Shown: positions 8,226 through 16,496 of the stretch, in pieces
Position numbering within the stretch: the stretch's first letter is position 1
How the letters are laid out: each line of letters begins with the position of its first letter
Assembly: GCA_052390515.1 (NCBI GenBank)
Contig: JBQTGV010000081.1
Location: 1-20,691 of the forward strand
Direction: 5' to 3'
DNA: 20,691 bases
Source of the DNA: Candidatus Eiseniibacteriota bacterium
GTDB lineage: Bacteria; ARS69
Notes under the pieces: model-generated
What the model was told of the DNA's origin: nothing
Database searches by the model: none
The model's input: the letters and a program-made list of their open reading frames with translations, nothing else
Made by a program: the position numbers and the translations under genes

Positions 8226-10394
8226 TCACTCTCCTTCCCCCTCGTCGGGCGCGGCTTCCCGCACCTCGCTGCCGCGGATCACGTCGCCGATCGCTTCGGG
8301 GTCCCCCGCGCCGGTGGAGATCCACAGGTCGACGCCGGCGGAGCCGCCCCAACCCGGTCGCACGATCTTGCGGCTCCCGGCGAGCACCTCCTCGACGGTC
8401 TCGAGGTACAGCCGCGTCCTGGCTCCGGTCCTGCGCGCGCGGTACGCATCGGATCGGAGGGCCAGGCTCGTGGACTCGCCCTGCGCGCGGAACACCTCTG
8501 CGGTGGCGAAGCTCTTCGCCGCCTCCACCTGCGCGACGGCGTCTCCCCTCGCCAGATTCACGGTCTCCACCAGGTACCTCCTGGCCACGTCGATGGCCGT
8601 GCGCTTGTCCTCTTGCGAGCTGGCCACGTCGCGGAACGCGGCGTGCACTTCCGGCGGCGCGTGCAGGTCGAGCACCCCGAAGCGCAGCACTTCCACGCCG
8701 AGCGGGAGCGCGTCGACCCTTCGCCGAAGGCCCTCTCCCACGCGCTGCTCGACCGTCCGCCGCAGATCGCCGTAGACGTGATCGATGCTGAGCGCCGCCA
8801 CCACGTCCACGATCTCGGCGATCGTCTCCGAACGCAGCACCGCCTCGGGATCCACGAACCCCCAGCGCCAGCGGGCCGCGTCGAGGATCCGATACTGCAC
8901 CACGGACTTCGCGTCGACGAGGTTCTCGTCTCCCGTGAGGAAGAGTGACTCCTCTTCCAGCAGCCGCGGAGCGTCGGGCGTCACCGGAGCAGCCAGCGTG
9001 TCCGGGCCGGCGCCCGAGGAGCGGAAGCCCAGCTCGAGCCGCCGGACGCCGTCCACGTGCACGAGCTCGGCGACCTCCAGCGGCACCGGCAGCTTGAGGT
9101 GCAGCCCCTCCCCCCGCGGCTCTCCTCGCGGCGCCCCGAAGCGCTGCACGAGCCCGCGGTGACCCGGAGGCACGATCAGCAGGCAGGTCGACGCCGCCCA
9201 CAGAACGAGGGCGACGACGGCCGCGCCGGCCAGGGTGGCGCGGCTCGGGCGAAAGCCGGTCAGCGAAGAGAGCGCGCGACCGACGGCGCGGAACTCGACC
9301 GGAGCCGGCGCTCTCAAAAACGAGAAGACCAGGAGCAGGGCGAAGGCGACCGACGCCGGCACCGAGATCCACAGCGGCAGGTGCGACACGCCGCCGGCCA
9401 CCGCGCGCGGATCGATGGCGAACGTGCGGTACGCGACGTCGAGCAGCACGCCGAGCACGACGCTGGTCACGCCGATCGTCACGAGGTAGATGATGGTCAC
9501 CCGGCGGCCCAGGAAACGTGAGAGGATGGCCAGCGATCCGATGTTCGTGGCCGGGCCGGCGAGCAGGAACACCAGCGCCGCGCCCGGGGACAGCCCCTTC
9601 ACGATGAGCGCCGCGGCGATGGGAGTCGAAGCGGACGCGCAAATGTACAAGGGGATCCCGATGGCCAGCATCACCACGTAGGGCAGCGGTCCAGCCCCGA
9701 GGTAGCGCGTCACGATGTCCGCGGGCAGCAGGAGCGTGATCAGCGCGGAGATGACCAGGCCGGCGAACATCCAGTGCGACGTCTCGTCGAACATCTCGAC
9801 GAACGCCTCCCGGAATCCGGCGCGGAGCTTCGCGGCCATGGACGATTCCCCGCCCGCCTTCCGCTCGGCGGCGGCGAGCGCGTCGTGGGTGTGGCCGTGG
9901 GTGTCGGGGGGACAGTCGTCGCAGGCGGGCGGCTCGGCGGCGGTCGGCTGTGCGGCCTCCGGCTTCACCTTCTCCTCCGGGCCGCCGAACAATTCCGTCG
10001 CGAAGCCCGCGGCGATGCCGGAGACCAGCGCGGCGATGGGGCGATAGATCGCCATCAACGGCCCCATGAGGCCCCAGGTCAGGGCGATGGCCTCCTCGCC
10101 CGTCTCCGGGGTGGAAACCAGGAAGGAGACCGTGGCCCCGCGGCTCGCCCCCCGCCGCCGCAGAGCCATGGCGGTCGGCAGGACCGAGCAGGAGCACAGT
10201 GGGAGCGGCAGGCCCAGCAGGGAGCCGGTGAAGATGGAGCGGAAGCGGCCGCGACCGAGCAGCCGCTGGATGAACGCGACGGGCACGAGCGTCTGGATCG
10301 CTGCGGCGACGACGAAGCCGAGCAGGATATAGGGGGAGGCCTCGAGAAAGACGAGGACGAGCTCGCGCAGGAATCGCCCGAGGAAGTCGATCAC
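8226..10394 (-). CDS. SO_0444/ArsP (PF03773-type) metal permease fused to a C-terminal HflK-type SPFH domain
   Basis: N-terminal about 360 aa: LPLCSCSVLP, FLVSTPETG, GIPLYICASASTPIAAAL, GAALVFLLAGPATN, central CDDC..HGHTH loop. After an extra TM, from about 9190: VQRFG..GLHLKLP, FLTGDENLV, HAPPEVHAAFRDVASS, RTRLYLETVEEVL. One continuous frame of 722 aa. Confidence 0.9.
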   Translation of the reverse strand: MIDFLGRFLRELVLVFLEASPYILLGFVVAAAIQTLVPVAFIQRLLGRGRFRSIFTGSLLGLPLPLCSCSVLPTAMALRRRGASRGATVSFLVSTPETGEEAIALTWGLMGPLMAIYRPIAALVSGIAAGFATELFGGPEEKVKPEAAQPTAAEPPACDDCPPDTHGHTHDALAAAERKAGGESSMAAKLRAGFREAFVEMFDETSHWMFAGLVISALITLLLPADIVTRYLGAGPLPYVVMLAIGIPLYICASASTPIAAALIVKGLSPGAALVFLLAGPATNIGSLAILSRFLGRRVTIIYLVTIGVTSVVLGVLLDVAYRTFAIDPRAVAGGVSHLPLWISVPASVAFALLLVFSFLRAPAPVEFRAVGRALSSLTGFRPSRATLAGAAVVALVLWAASTCLLIVPPGHRGLVQRFGAPRGEPRGEGLHLKLPVPLEVAELVHVDGVRRLELGFRSSGAGPDTLAAPVTPDAPRLLEEESLFLTGDENLVDAKSVVQYRILDAARWRWGFVDPEAVLRSETIAEIVDVVAALSIDHVYGDLRRTVEQRVGEGLRRRVDALPLGVEVLRFGVLDLHAPPEVHAAFRDVASSQEDKRTAIDVARRYLVETVNLARGDAVAQVEAAKSFATAEVFRAQGESTSLALRSDAYRARRTGARTRLYLETVEEVLAGSRKIVRPGWGGSAGVDLWISTGAGDPEAIGDVIRGSEVREAAPDEGEGE

Positions 10395-10429
10395 GCGCCT
10401 ACGTTAGGGCGATTCGGCAAAGCGAGCAA
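10395..10429 (-). promoter_or_regulatory. Sigma70-type promoter of the permease-hflK/hflC/hflK/ZIP operon, leaderless configuration
   Basis: -35 TTGCTC (10429-10424), 17 nt spacer, -10 TAACGT (10406-10401), 6 nt, then GTG 10394. Confidence 0.55.
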
Positions 10430-10463
10430 GGGAACGGGTCTGGCCGCAGCCGCGCCCTGCGCC

Positions 10464-10469
10464 TAGAAT
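10464..10469 (+). promoter_or_regulatory. Putative -10 element (TAGAAT) for the divergent TM-TPR gene
   Basis: Near-consensus hexamer in a GC-rich gap, 28 nt before GTG 10498, which has a GGAGG SD. The -35 is weak. Confidence 0.45.
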
Positions 10470-10497
10470 CCGGGTCGTTTCGCCGCCCGGAGGACTC

Positions 10498-12201
10498 GTG
10501 TCCGCCCACCCTTCCGCCCCCACCCCCCGTGAATCCGCCGCGCTCTTCGCCGCCGCCCTGCTGCTGCGCGCGGCCGCGTTCCGGCCGGGCCTCCCGCCGG
10601 CGCCTCCGGAGGCCGTCCTTCTCGGCCCGGAGCCGGGGCCCGTTCTGCTCGCGGCACGCGTGGGATCCCTGGTGCTCGGCGCGCTGGCGGTCGTGCTCAC
10701 CGCCTCCACCGCCGCCGCCCTCGGCGGGCGTCTCGCCGGCCTGGCGGCCGGGGCGCTCCTCGCCGCCGCACCCTTCGCGCTGAGCCACTCCGGCTGGGTC
10801 GGAGCTCCGGGAGCGCTGCTCCTCGCGGCCGCCGGATGCCTCCTGCACCTCGTCCGTTACCGGCTCGATCGACGCGCGCGGGACCTCGCGGCCGCGGCCG
10901 CCTGGTCGCTCGTCGGCATCGCCGGCCTTGCCTCGGCGCCGCTCACCAACGTGGCGCGCGAGGGCGTCGTGTCCCCGATCGTCGAAGCGATCGTCGAGTC
11001 CGGCCGCGCCGGCGGCTGGGCGGCGCTCGTGCTCGCCGCGGCCGGCGTCTGGCTCGCGGTGCGCGAGGCCGCTTCCCCTGCGCGAATGGTCGCGGTCGCC
11101 ACCGTGGCGATGCTCGTGATCGCGTTGCTCCGCGAGGGGCCGGATCCGCTCTCCATCGGCATCGCCCTTCCCGGGCTCACCGTGCTGGCCGGCATCGCAC
11201 TCGCCCGTGTTCCGATGGCGAAGAGGTCGCTCGTGTTCGCCGTCGCTGGGATCGTGACGCTGGTCGGCTCGGCGCTGGCCATCACCGCGAGCCGCGCGCC
11301 GGGACCGGCCGAGGCGGCTGCGGAGTGGGTACGGCGCAACGTCCCCAACGGCGCCGCCATCCTCGTCGGAGAGCCGGACCTCGAGCTTCCCGCGTTCGAC
11401 CTGGCTTCCGGCGCGAAGGGCTTCCAGCGGCTTCCGCTTCCGCCGCCGGGGACGAGCGGCGAGGAGGCGGACGCGTTCCTCGATCCGGAGATCGCCCGCC
11501 GGTTCGGCTGGCTCGTGCTCCGAGACCCGCCGGCTTCCGCGCGCGCGCCGCAGCGTGCGTTCCACGAGTTCTTCGACGCGGAGTGGGAGACCGCGGCGCG
11601 TTTCGGCGAGCGCGCGCACCCGGCGTCGCCGGTCACCGTGCTGCGCCGGCCGGAACCGTGGAAACCCGACTCGGCACGCGCCGCCGCATTCGCCTCGCGC
11701 TCCGCGCGGCTCTCGGCGCTGCGGGACACGAGCAGCGCGTTCGCCTCGTGGGCGCTGGCCGCGGGTGAAGCCTTCCGCGCCGCCGGGGACATCGAGTCGG
11801 CGGCCGACATGCTGGAGCTCGCCCGCGGTCAGGAGAGCGGCAACGCCGAGGTGTGGTTCGAGATCGGGCTCACCCGCCTGCTGGAGCAGCGCTTCGAGGA
11901 GGCGATGTCCGCGTTGCACCGGGCGATCCGCATCGATCCCGGTCACGGCCCCGCGCACTACAACCTCGGCTCGTTGCTGGAACGCGAGGGCGACCTGAGT
12001 GGGGCCGAGACCGAGTACCGCGCGGCGATTCCGCGACTCGCCGATCCGACGCCCGCTCACACGCGCCTCGGCGTGGTCCTCACCCTGAGGGGCAGTCTCG
12101 AGGAGGCGCGCGTCGAGCTGGAGGCGGTGCGGCGCCTCGCTCCCGGAAGCGATGCGGAGGCCGTGCTCCTGGAGGCGATCACGCTGGCCGAGCGGCGGTA
12201 G
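10498..12201 (+). CDS. Multi-pass membrane protein with C-terminal TPR repeats (possibly degenerate GT-C/ArnT-like)
   Basis: GGAGG before GTG; several hydrophobic Ala/Leu helices in the first 270 aa; AAAEWVRRNVPNGAAILV is typical of the soluble domain after GT-C membrane domains; TPRs AEVWFEIG, AIRIDPGHGPAHYNLG, AHTRLGVVL. Confidence 0.7.
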   Translation: MSAHPSAPTPRESAALFAAALLLRAAAFRPGLPPAPPEAVLLGPEPGPVLLAARVGSLVLGALAVVLTASTAAALGGRLAGLAAGALLAAAPFALSHSGWVGAPGALLLAAAGCLLHLVRYRLDRRARDLAAAAAWSLVGIAGLASAPLTNVAREGVVSPIVEAIVESGRAGGWAALVLAAAGVWLAVREAASPARMVAVATVAMLVIALLREGPDPLSIGIALPGLTVLAGIALARVPMAKRSLVFAVAGIVTLVGSALAITASRAPGPAEAAAEWVRRNVPNGAAILVGEPDLELPAFDLASGAKGFQRLPLPPPGTSGEEADAFLDPEIARRFGWLVLRDPPASARAPQRAFHEFFDAEWETAARFGERAHPASPVTVLRRPEPWKPDSARAAAFASRSARLSALRDTSSAFASWALAAGEAFRAAGDIESAADMLELARGQESGNAEVWFEIGLTRLLEQRFEEAMSALHRAIRIDPGHGPAHYNLGSLLEREGDLSGAETEYRAAIPRLADPTPAHTRLGVVLTLRGSLEEARVELEAVRRLAPGSDAEAVLLEAITLAERR

Positions 12202-12242
12202 TCGGTCGCTTCGCGTGCGGGGGATCCGTGCGAGGGCCGATC

Positions 12243-12271
12243 TTGACCGAGGACCGCACCGGGCCTATCGT
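12243..12271 (+). promoter_or_regulatory. Sigma70-type promoter upstream of sod
   Basis: TTGACC (12243-12248), 17 nt, TATCGT (12266-12271); SD GGAGGT at 12332-12337. Confidence 0.65.
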
Positions 12272-12345
12272 GAGCCTGCTTCTCGCTTCGCGGCCCGTTC
12301 CGCGGTCGCGCGCGACTCCCGATTCCACCGCGGAGGTCGGTTACC

Positions 12346-12960
12346 ATGGCGCACGCACTCCCACCGCTTCCTTACGACTACAAGGCGCTCGAGCCGCACA
12401 TCGACGAGCAGACCATGCGGCTGCACCACGACATGCACCACAAGGCCTACGTCGACGGCCTGAACGCCGCCGAGGAGAAGCTCGCCGGCATGCGGCAGAG
12501 CGGGGACTTCGCCCAGGTGCAGGCCGTCGAGCGCGCGCTCGCGTTCCACGGCTCCGGACACATCAATCACTGCGTGTTCTGGGAGAACATGTCGCCGAAG
12601 GGCGGCGGGGCGCCGGGCGGGGACCTGGCGGCGCGCATCAACAAGGACTTCGGCGGCATCGACCCGTTCAAGAAGCACTTCTCCGCGGCGGCCGCGTCCG
12701 TGGAGGGCAACGGCTGGGGGATTCTCGCGTGGCACCCGATGGCCGGACACCTCTTCGTGCTCGCCTCGATGAACCACCAGAACCAGGGAATCCACGGCGC
12801 GATCCCGCTGCTCCTGCTCGACGTGTGGGAGCACGCCTACTACCTCAAGTACCAGAACAAGCGTGCCGCGTACATCGAGGCGTGGTGGAACGTCGTGAAC
12901 TGGGCGAACGTGGCGGAGCGCTACGACCGTGCGCGTTCGCTCGAGGCCAAGACGGTCTGA
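12346..12960 (+). CDS. sod: Fe/Mn superoxide dismutase
   Basis: LPPLPYDYKALEPHI, HHDMHHKAYV, GHINH..FW, DVWEHAYYLKYQN signature. Confidence 0.98.
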   Translation: MAHALPPLPYDYKALEPHIDEQTMRLHHDMHHKAYVDGLNAAEEKLAGMRQSGDFAQVQAVERALAFHGSGHINHCVFWENMSPKGGGAPGGDLAARINKDFGGIDPFKKHFSAAAASVEGNGWGILAWHPMAGHLFVLASMNHQNQGIHGAIPLLLLDVWEHAYYLKYQNKRAAYIEAWWNVVNWANVAERYDRARSLEAKTV

Positions 12961-12961
12961 T

Positions 12962-12998
12962 CCGAGCGAGGCAGGACGCCGAGCGAGGTTGAGCGAGG
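12962..12998 (+). repeat. Three direct GAGCGAGG repeats in the sod-yqgE intergenic region
   Basis: Exact copies at 12964-12971, 12981-12988 and 12991-12998; the first two extend to CCGAGCGAGG. Confidence 0.5.
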
Positions 12999-13032
12999 TG
13001 GAACTTCGCGCTTCTTCCGAGCCACGACGCTG

Positions 13033-13620
13033 GTGCGTGCGGATTCGTCTGTGAAGCCTGTCGATCGAGTGACCGCGGGGACGTTCCTGGTCGCAGGACC
13101 GATGCTGCGCGATCCCAACTTCGTCCGCACGGTCGTCCTGATGTGTGAGCACGGCGAGGAAGGCTCGTGGGGATTGGTGCTCAACCGGCGCACGCCGCTG
13201 ACCTTCGGCGAGCTGCTGGACGACCTGCCCTTCCCCGCGTCGGGAGGCGGGCCCGTGTACTGGGGCGGACCCTGCGAGACGTCGCGGATGCAGGTGCTGC
13301 ACCGGCTGCGCCGGGAGCTCCCGCGTCCGATCGAGGTGATCACCGGCGTGCGGCTCGGACTGGACCCGGAGACGTTCCGGCGCGTCGTGGCGGAGACCCG
13401 CCTGCCCGGTGAGGCCCTGCATGCGTACGTGGGGTACGCCGGCTGGGGACAGGGGCAGCTGGCCGCGGAGATCGAGTCCGGCTCCTGGATCCTGTGCACG
13501 GGGGACTCGCGCATCGTGTTCGAGACCGAGCCGGATCGGGCGTGGGACCGCGTGCTCGAGTCGCTCGGGCCGGGGTACGCACGCCTCACCCGCGTGCCCA
13601 TCGATCCGCGTCTGAACTGA
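13033..13620 (+). CDS. yqgE: YqgE/AlgH family protein (DUF179)
   Basis: FLVAGPMLRDPNFVRTVVLMCEHGEEGSWGLVLNR, VYWGGP, GYAGWGQGQLAAEI..GSW. The start may be GTG 13051. Confidence 0.93.
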   Translation: MRADSSVKPVDRVTAGTFLVAGPMLRDPNFVRTVVLMCEHGEEGSWGLVLNRRTPLTFGELLDDLPFPASGGGPVYWGGPCETSRMQVLHRLRRELPRPIEVITGVRLGLDPETFRRVVAETRLPGEALHAYVGYAGWGQGQLAAEIESGSWILCTGDSRIVFETEPDRAWDRVLESLGPGYARLTRVPIDPRLN

Positions 13621-13630
13621 GCGAAGCCCC

Positions 13631-14962
13631 ATGGCCGTCGTCGGTATCCGCCGGGAGGACAAGAGCGTCTGGGAGCGGCGGACGCCGATCATCCCCGAGG
13701 ACGTACGCCGGCTCGTCGCCGGGGGCATCACCATCCACGTCGAGCGCTCGCCGACGCGTTGCTTCTCCGACGCGGAGTTCGCGGCCGCCGGCGCGCGGCT
13801 CGCCGACGATCTCTCCGGCGCCGACATCGTGCTCGGCGTGAAGGAGATCCCGCTGGACCGCCTGGCGCCGGGCAAGACGTACGCGTTCTTCTCCCACACC
13901 ATCAAAGGGCAGCCCTACAACATGCCCATGCTGCGGCGCATGCTGGATCTCGGCGCCACGTTGCTCGACTACGAGCTCGTCACCGACGACCGGGGCCTGC
14001 GTACCGTGGCGTTCGGACGACACGCGGGGCTGGCCGGCGCGGTCGACACGCTGTGGGCGCTCGGCCGGCGCTTCGCCGCGCGCGGCATCGACACTCCGTT
14101 CGCGCGGCTTCGCCCTGCGGTCGAGTACGGCGAGATGGCCAGGGCCGCGGCCGACATCGGCAAGGCCGGTGCTCGCATCGTCGGGGAAGGGCTCCCCCAG
14201 GAGATCTCTCCGCTGGCCCTCGGCGTCACCGGCAGCGGCGGCAAGGTGTACGGCGGAGCCATGGAAGTGCTCGCGCACCTGCCGCACCGCGACGTTCGCC
14301 CCGCCGACCTCGCCGCCGAGATGGCGCGTCACACCGGACGCGCGCGGGAGGTCCTCGTGGTGGGCTACGGACCGGAGGATCTCGTCGAGCCGGCACGGCC
14401 GGGTGCGTCGTACTCCTGGGAGCACTACCTCGCTCATCCCGAGGAGTACCGCGCGCGCTTCGGAGCGCACCTCGCGCACCTGACCGCCGTGATCCACGGC
14501 ATCTTCTGGAAAGAAGGGTATCCGCGCTTCATCCTGCGCGAGGATCTCGCTGCGCTCTCCGCGCGGCCGGGCTCGCGGCTGCAGCTCATCACCGACGTCA
14601 CCTGCGACCTCGGCGGCTCGGACGAGGCGCTCGTGCGCCTCACCGATCCCGGAAATCCCGCATACGTCTTCGATCCGCGCACCGGCGAAGCGAGGGACGG
14701 CCTCGAGGGCGAAGGCGTCGCGGTCATCGCCATCGACATCCTGCCCGCGGAGCTTCCGGTCGACGCCTCCCGCCACTTCAGCGGATGCCTGACGCCGCTC
14801 CTGCCGGCGCTCGCGCGTGGCGCTCCCGATCCGGGGGACGGCTCGGTGCCCGGCGAGATCCGCCGCGCGATCATCGCGCACCGCGGGCGGCTCGTTTCGC
14901 CGTGGAACGAGCGGCTCGCCGCGCCGCTCGAGCGACACGGTGCCGGCGGAGCCCGTCGATGA
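13631..14962 (+). CDS. Lysine-ketoglutarate reductase / saccharopine dehydrogenase (AlaDh/PNT fold; AASS LKR-domain-like)
   Basis: VGIRREDKSVWERRTPIIP, GVKEIP, FFSHTIKGQPYNMPML, LLDYELVTDDRG..VAFGRHAGLAG, DVTCDLGGS, IDILPAELPVDASRHFS parallel the LKR domain of AASS. Confidence 0.88.
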   Translation: MAVVGIRREDKSVWERRTPIIPEDVRRLVAGGITIHVERSPTRCFSDAEFAAAGARLADDLSGADIVLGVKEIPLDRLAPGKTYAFFSHTIKGQPYNMPMLRRMLDLGATLLDYELVTDDRGLRTVAFGRHAGLAGAVDTLWALGRRFAARGIDTPFARLRPAVEYGEMARAAADIGKAGARIVGEGLPQEISPLALGVTGSGGKVYGGAMEVLAHLPHRDVRPADLAAEMARHTGRAREVLVVGYGPEDLVEPARPGASYSWEHYLAHPEEYRARFGAHLAHLTAVIHGIFWKEGYPRFILREDLAALSARPGSRLQLITDVTCDLGGSDEALVRLTDPGNPAYVFDPRTGEARDGLEGEGVAVIAIDILPAELPVDASRHFSGCLTPLLPALARGAPDPGDGSVPGEIRRAIIAHRGRLVSPWNERLAAPLERHGAGGARR

Positions 14963-16275
14963 GGAGCGTGGCGGTCTTCGGGTCCGGGATGGTCTCGCGG
15001 CCGGCCGTTCGCACCCTGCTGGACACGGGCCACCGAGTCTGCGTGGCCACGGACCAACCCGACGCGGCGAGGAAGCTCCTCGACGGCCACCCGCACGGCT
15101 CGGTGCGCGAGGCCGACGCGGCGCGCCCGCAGGACGTCCGCGCCATCGTGCGCGACGCGGACCTGGCGGTCAGCCTCCTCCCCGTGGCGTTCCACGTGCG
15201 CGTCGCGGAGGCGTGCGTCGCCGAGCGGCGCCCGCTGGTCACGACGTCGTACGTGTCGGCGGAGATGCGCGCGCTGGATGCGGACGCGCGCCGCGCCGGC
15301 GTGCTGCTGCTGAACGAGGTGGGCGCCGATCCCGGCATCGACCACATGCAGGCCATGCGCCTGATGGACCGGGTGCGGGATGACGGCGGGCGCATCACCG
15401 GGTTCCGTTCGCTGTGCGGTGGGATTCCCGCTCCCGACGCCGACGACAATCCCCTCCACTACAAAGTGTCGTGGAGCCCGCGCGGCGTCGTTCTCGCGGG
15501 GATGCGGCCCGCCCGGTACATCGAGAACGGCGGCGTCCGCGAGAGCCAGCCGATCGAGGTGTTCGGCCACCCCGCGCCGATCGAGATCGACGGGATCGGC
15601 CGGCTCGAGTCGTATCCCAACGGCGACTCGACGCGCTTCACCGGCGAGTACGGGCTCGAGGGCGTCGACACGCTGGTGCGGGGCACGCTGCGCTGGCCGG
15701 GGTGGTGCGCCTTCTGGTCGTGTCTGCTGCGGCTGGGCTGGGTCACCGATGCGCCGGATCCGGGGCTCGCCGGATCCACGCACGCGCACGTGATGCTCCG
15801 CGCGGCCGGCGGACGTCCGGGCGAGACGCCCCGCGCTGTCGCGGCCCGGGTGCTCGGGCTCGGCGAGAGCGACGAATTGCTGCGATACCTCGACTGGCTC
15901 GGTCTCTTCTCCGAGCTGCCCGTCCCGCGCTCCGCCGCATCGCGCGCGGACGTGCTCGTCGCACGGATGCAGGAGCGCCTGCAGTACGCGCCGGGCGAGC
16001 GCGACCTGCTCGTGATGCACCACCAGGTGGACTGGACCGACCGCGAGGGTCGGCCGCGAAGGCTCTTCGCCTCGACGACCGAGTACGGTGTGCCGGGCGC
16101 AGACTCGGCCATGTCGCGCACGGTCGGGCTTCCCGCGGCGTTCGCTGCGCGCCGCATTCTAGACGGCACGATCCGCAAGACCGGCGTGCACATCCCGACG
16201 TCCCGCGACGTCTACGAGCCCGTGCTCGCGGATCTCGCCGGGGCGGGGATCGAGGAGACGGTGCGGACGGCCTGA
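14959..16275 (+). CDS. Saccharopine dehydrogenase/reductase (Lys9/AASS SDH-domain-like)
   Basis: ATG 14959 overlaps the LKR stop (ATGA); Rossmann VAVFGSGMVSRP, VSLLP, TTSYVS, NEVGADPGIDHM, SLCGGIP, YKVSWSPRGV, RGTLRWPG, SAMSRTVGLP. Confidence 0.93.
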   Translation: MRSVAVFGSGMVSRPAVRTLLDTGHRVCVATDQPDAARKLLDGHPHGSVREADAARPQDVRAIVRDADLAVSLLPVAFHVRVAEACVAERRPLVTTSYVSAEMRALDADARRAGVLLLNEVGADPGIDHMQAMRLMDRVRDDGGRITGFRSLCGGIPAPDADDNPLHYKVSWSPRGVVLAGMRPARYIENGGVRESQPIEVFGHPAPIEIDGIGRLESYPNGDSTRFTGEYGLEGVDTLVRGTLRWPGWCAFWSCLLRLGWVTDAPDPGLAGSTHAHVMLRAAGGRPGETPRAVAARVLGLGESDELLRYLDWLGLFSELPVPRSAASRADVLVARMQERLQYAPGERDLLVMHHQVDWTDREGRPRRLFASTTEYGVPGADSAMSRTVGLPAAFAARRILDGTIRKTGVHIPTSRDVYEPVLADLAGAGIEETVRTA

Positions 16276-16301
16276 GCGCGGCGGTACCCCGGCCGATGCA
16301 T

Positions 16302-16319
16302 CCGCGGTATCATCGCGGC
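16302..16319 (+). promoter_or_regulatory. -10 element TATCAT, leaderless configuration, flanked by a short inverted repeat
   Basis: TATCAT at 16308-16313, 6 nt, then ATG 16320; CCGCG (16302-16306) and CGCGG (16314-16318) flank it. Confidence 0.5.
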
Positions 16320-16496
16320 ATGAGCGAAGCCGGATGGAAGGACCCCGTCATCGAGGTCTACAAGAAGGACGTCGACCGGACGCTCCTGCGCAAGAACTTG
16401 CGCCTCACGCCGGAGCAGCGGATCCTTGCGGCGATGGAGCTGCAGCGGCTCCTCGACGAGCTTCGGCGCGCGCACGGAGCACGCCCCGAGCGATGA
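16320..16496 (+). CDS. Small helical protein (58 aa), putative antitoxin
   Basis: Tail of ORF 15414..16496: MSEAGWKDPVIEVYKKDVDRTLLRKNLRLTPEQRILAAMELQRLLDELRRAHGARPER. It has its own -10 and its stop overlaps the NTase start (ATGA). Confidence 0.75.
   Translation: MSEAGWKDPVIEVYKKDVDRTLLRKNLRLTPEQRILAAMELQRLLDELRRAHGARPER

Noticed and set aside
13759-14958. 838 aa ORF read as a fused LKR-SDH or a frameshifted AASS
   Set aside because: The upstream part is an off-frame Arg-rich shadow of LKR. A clean ATGA overlap with GGAG upstream indicates two genes.
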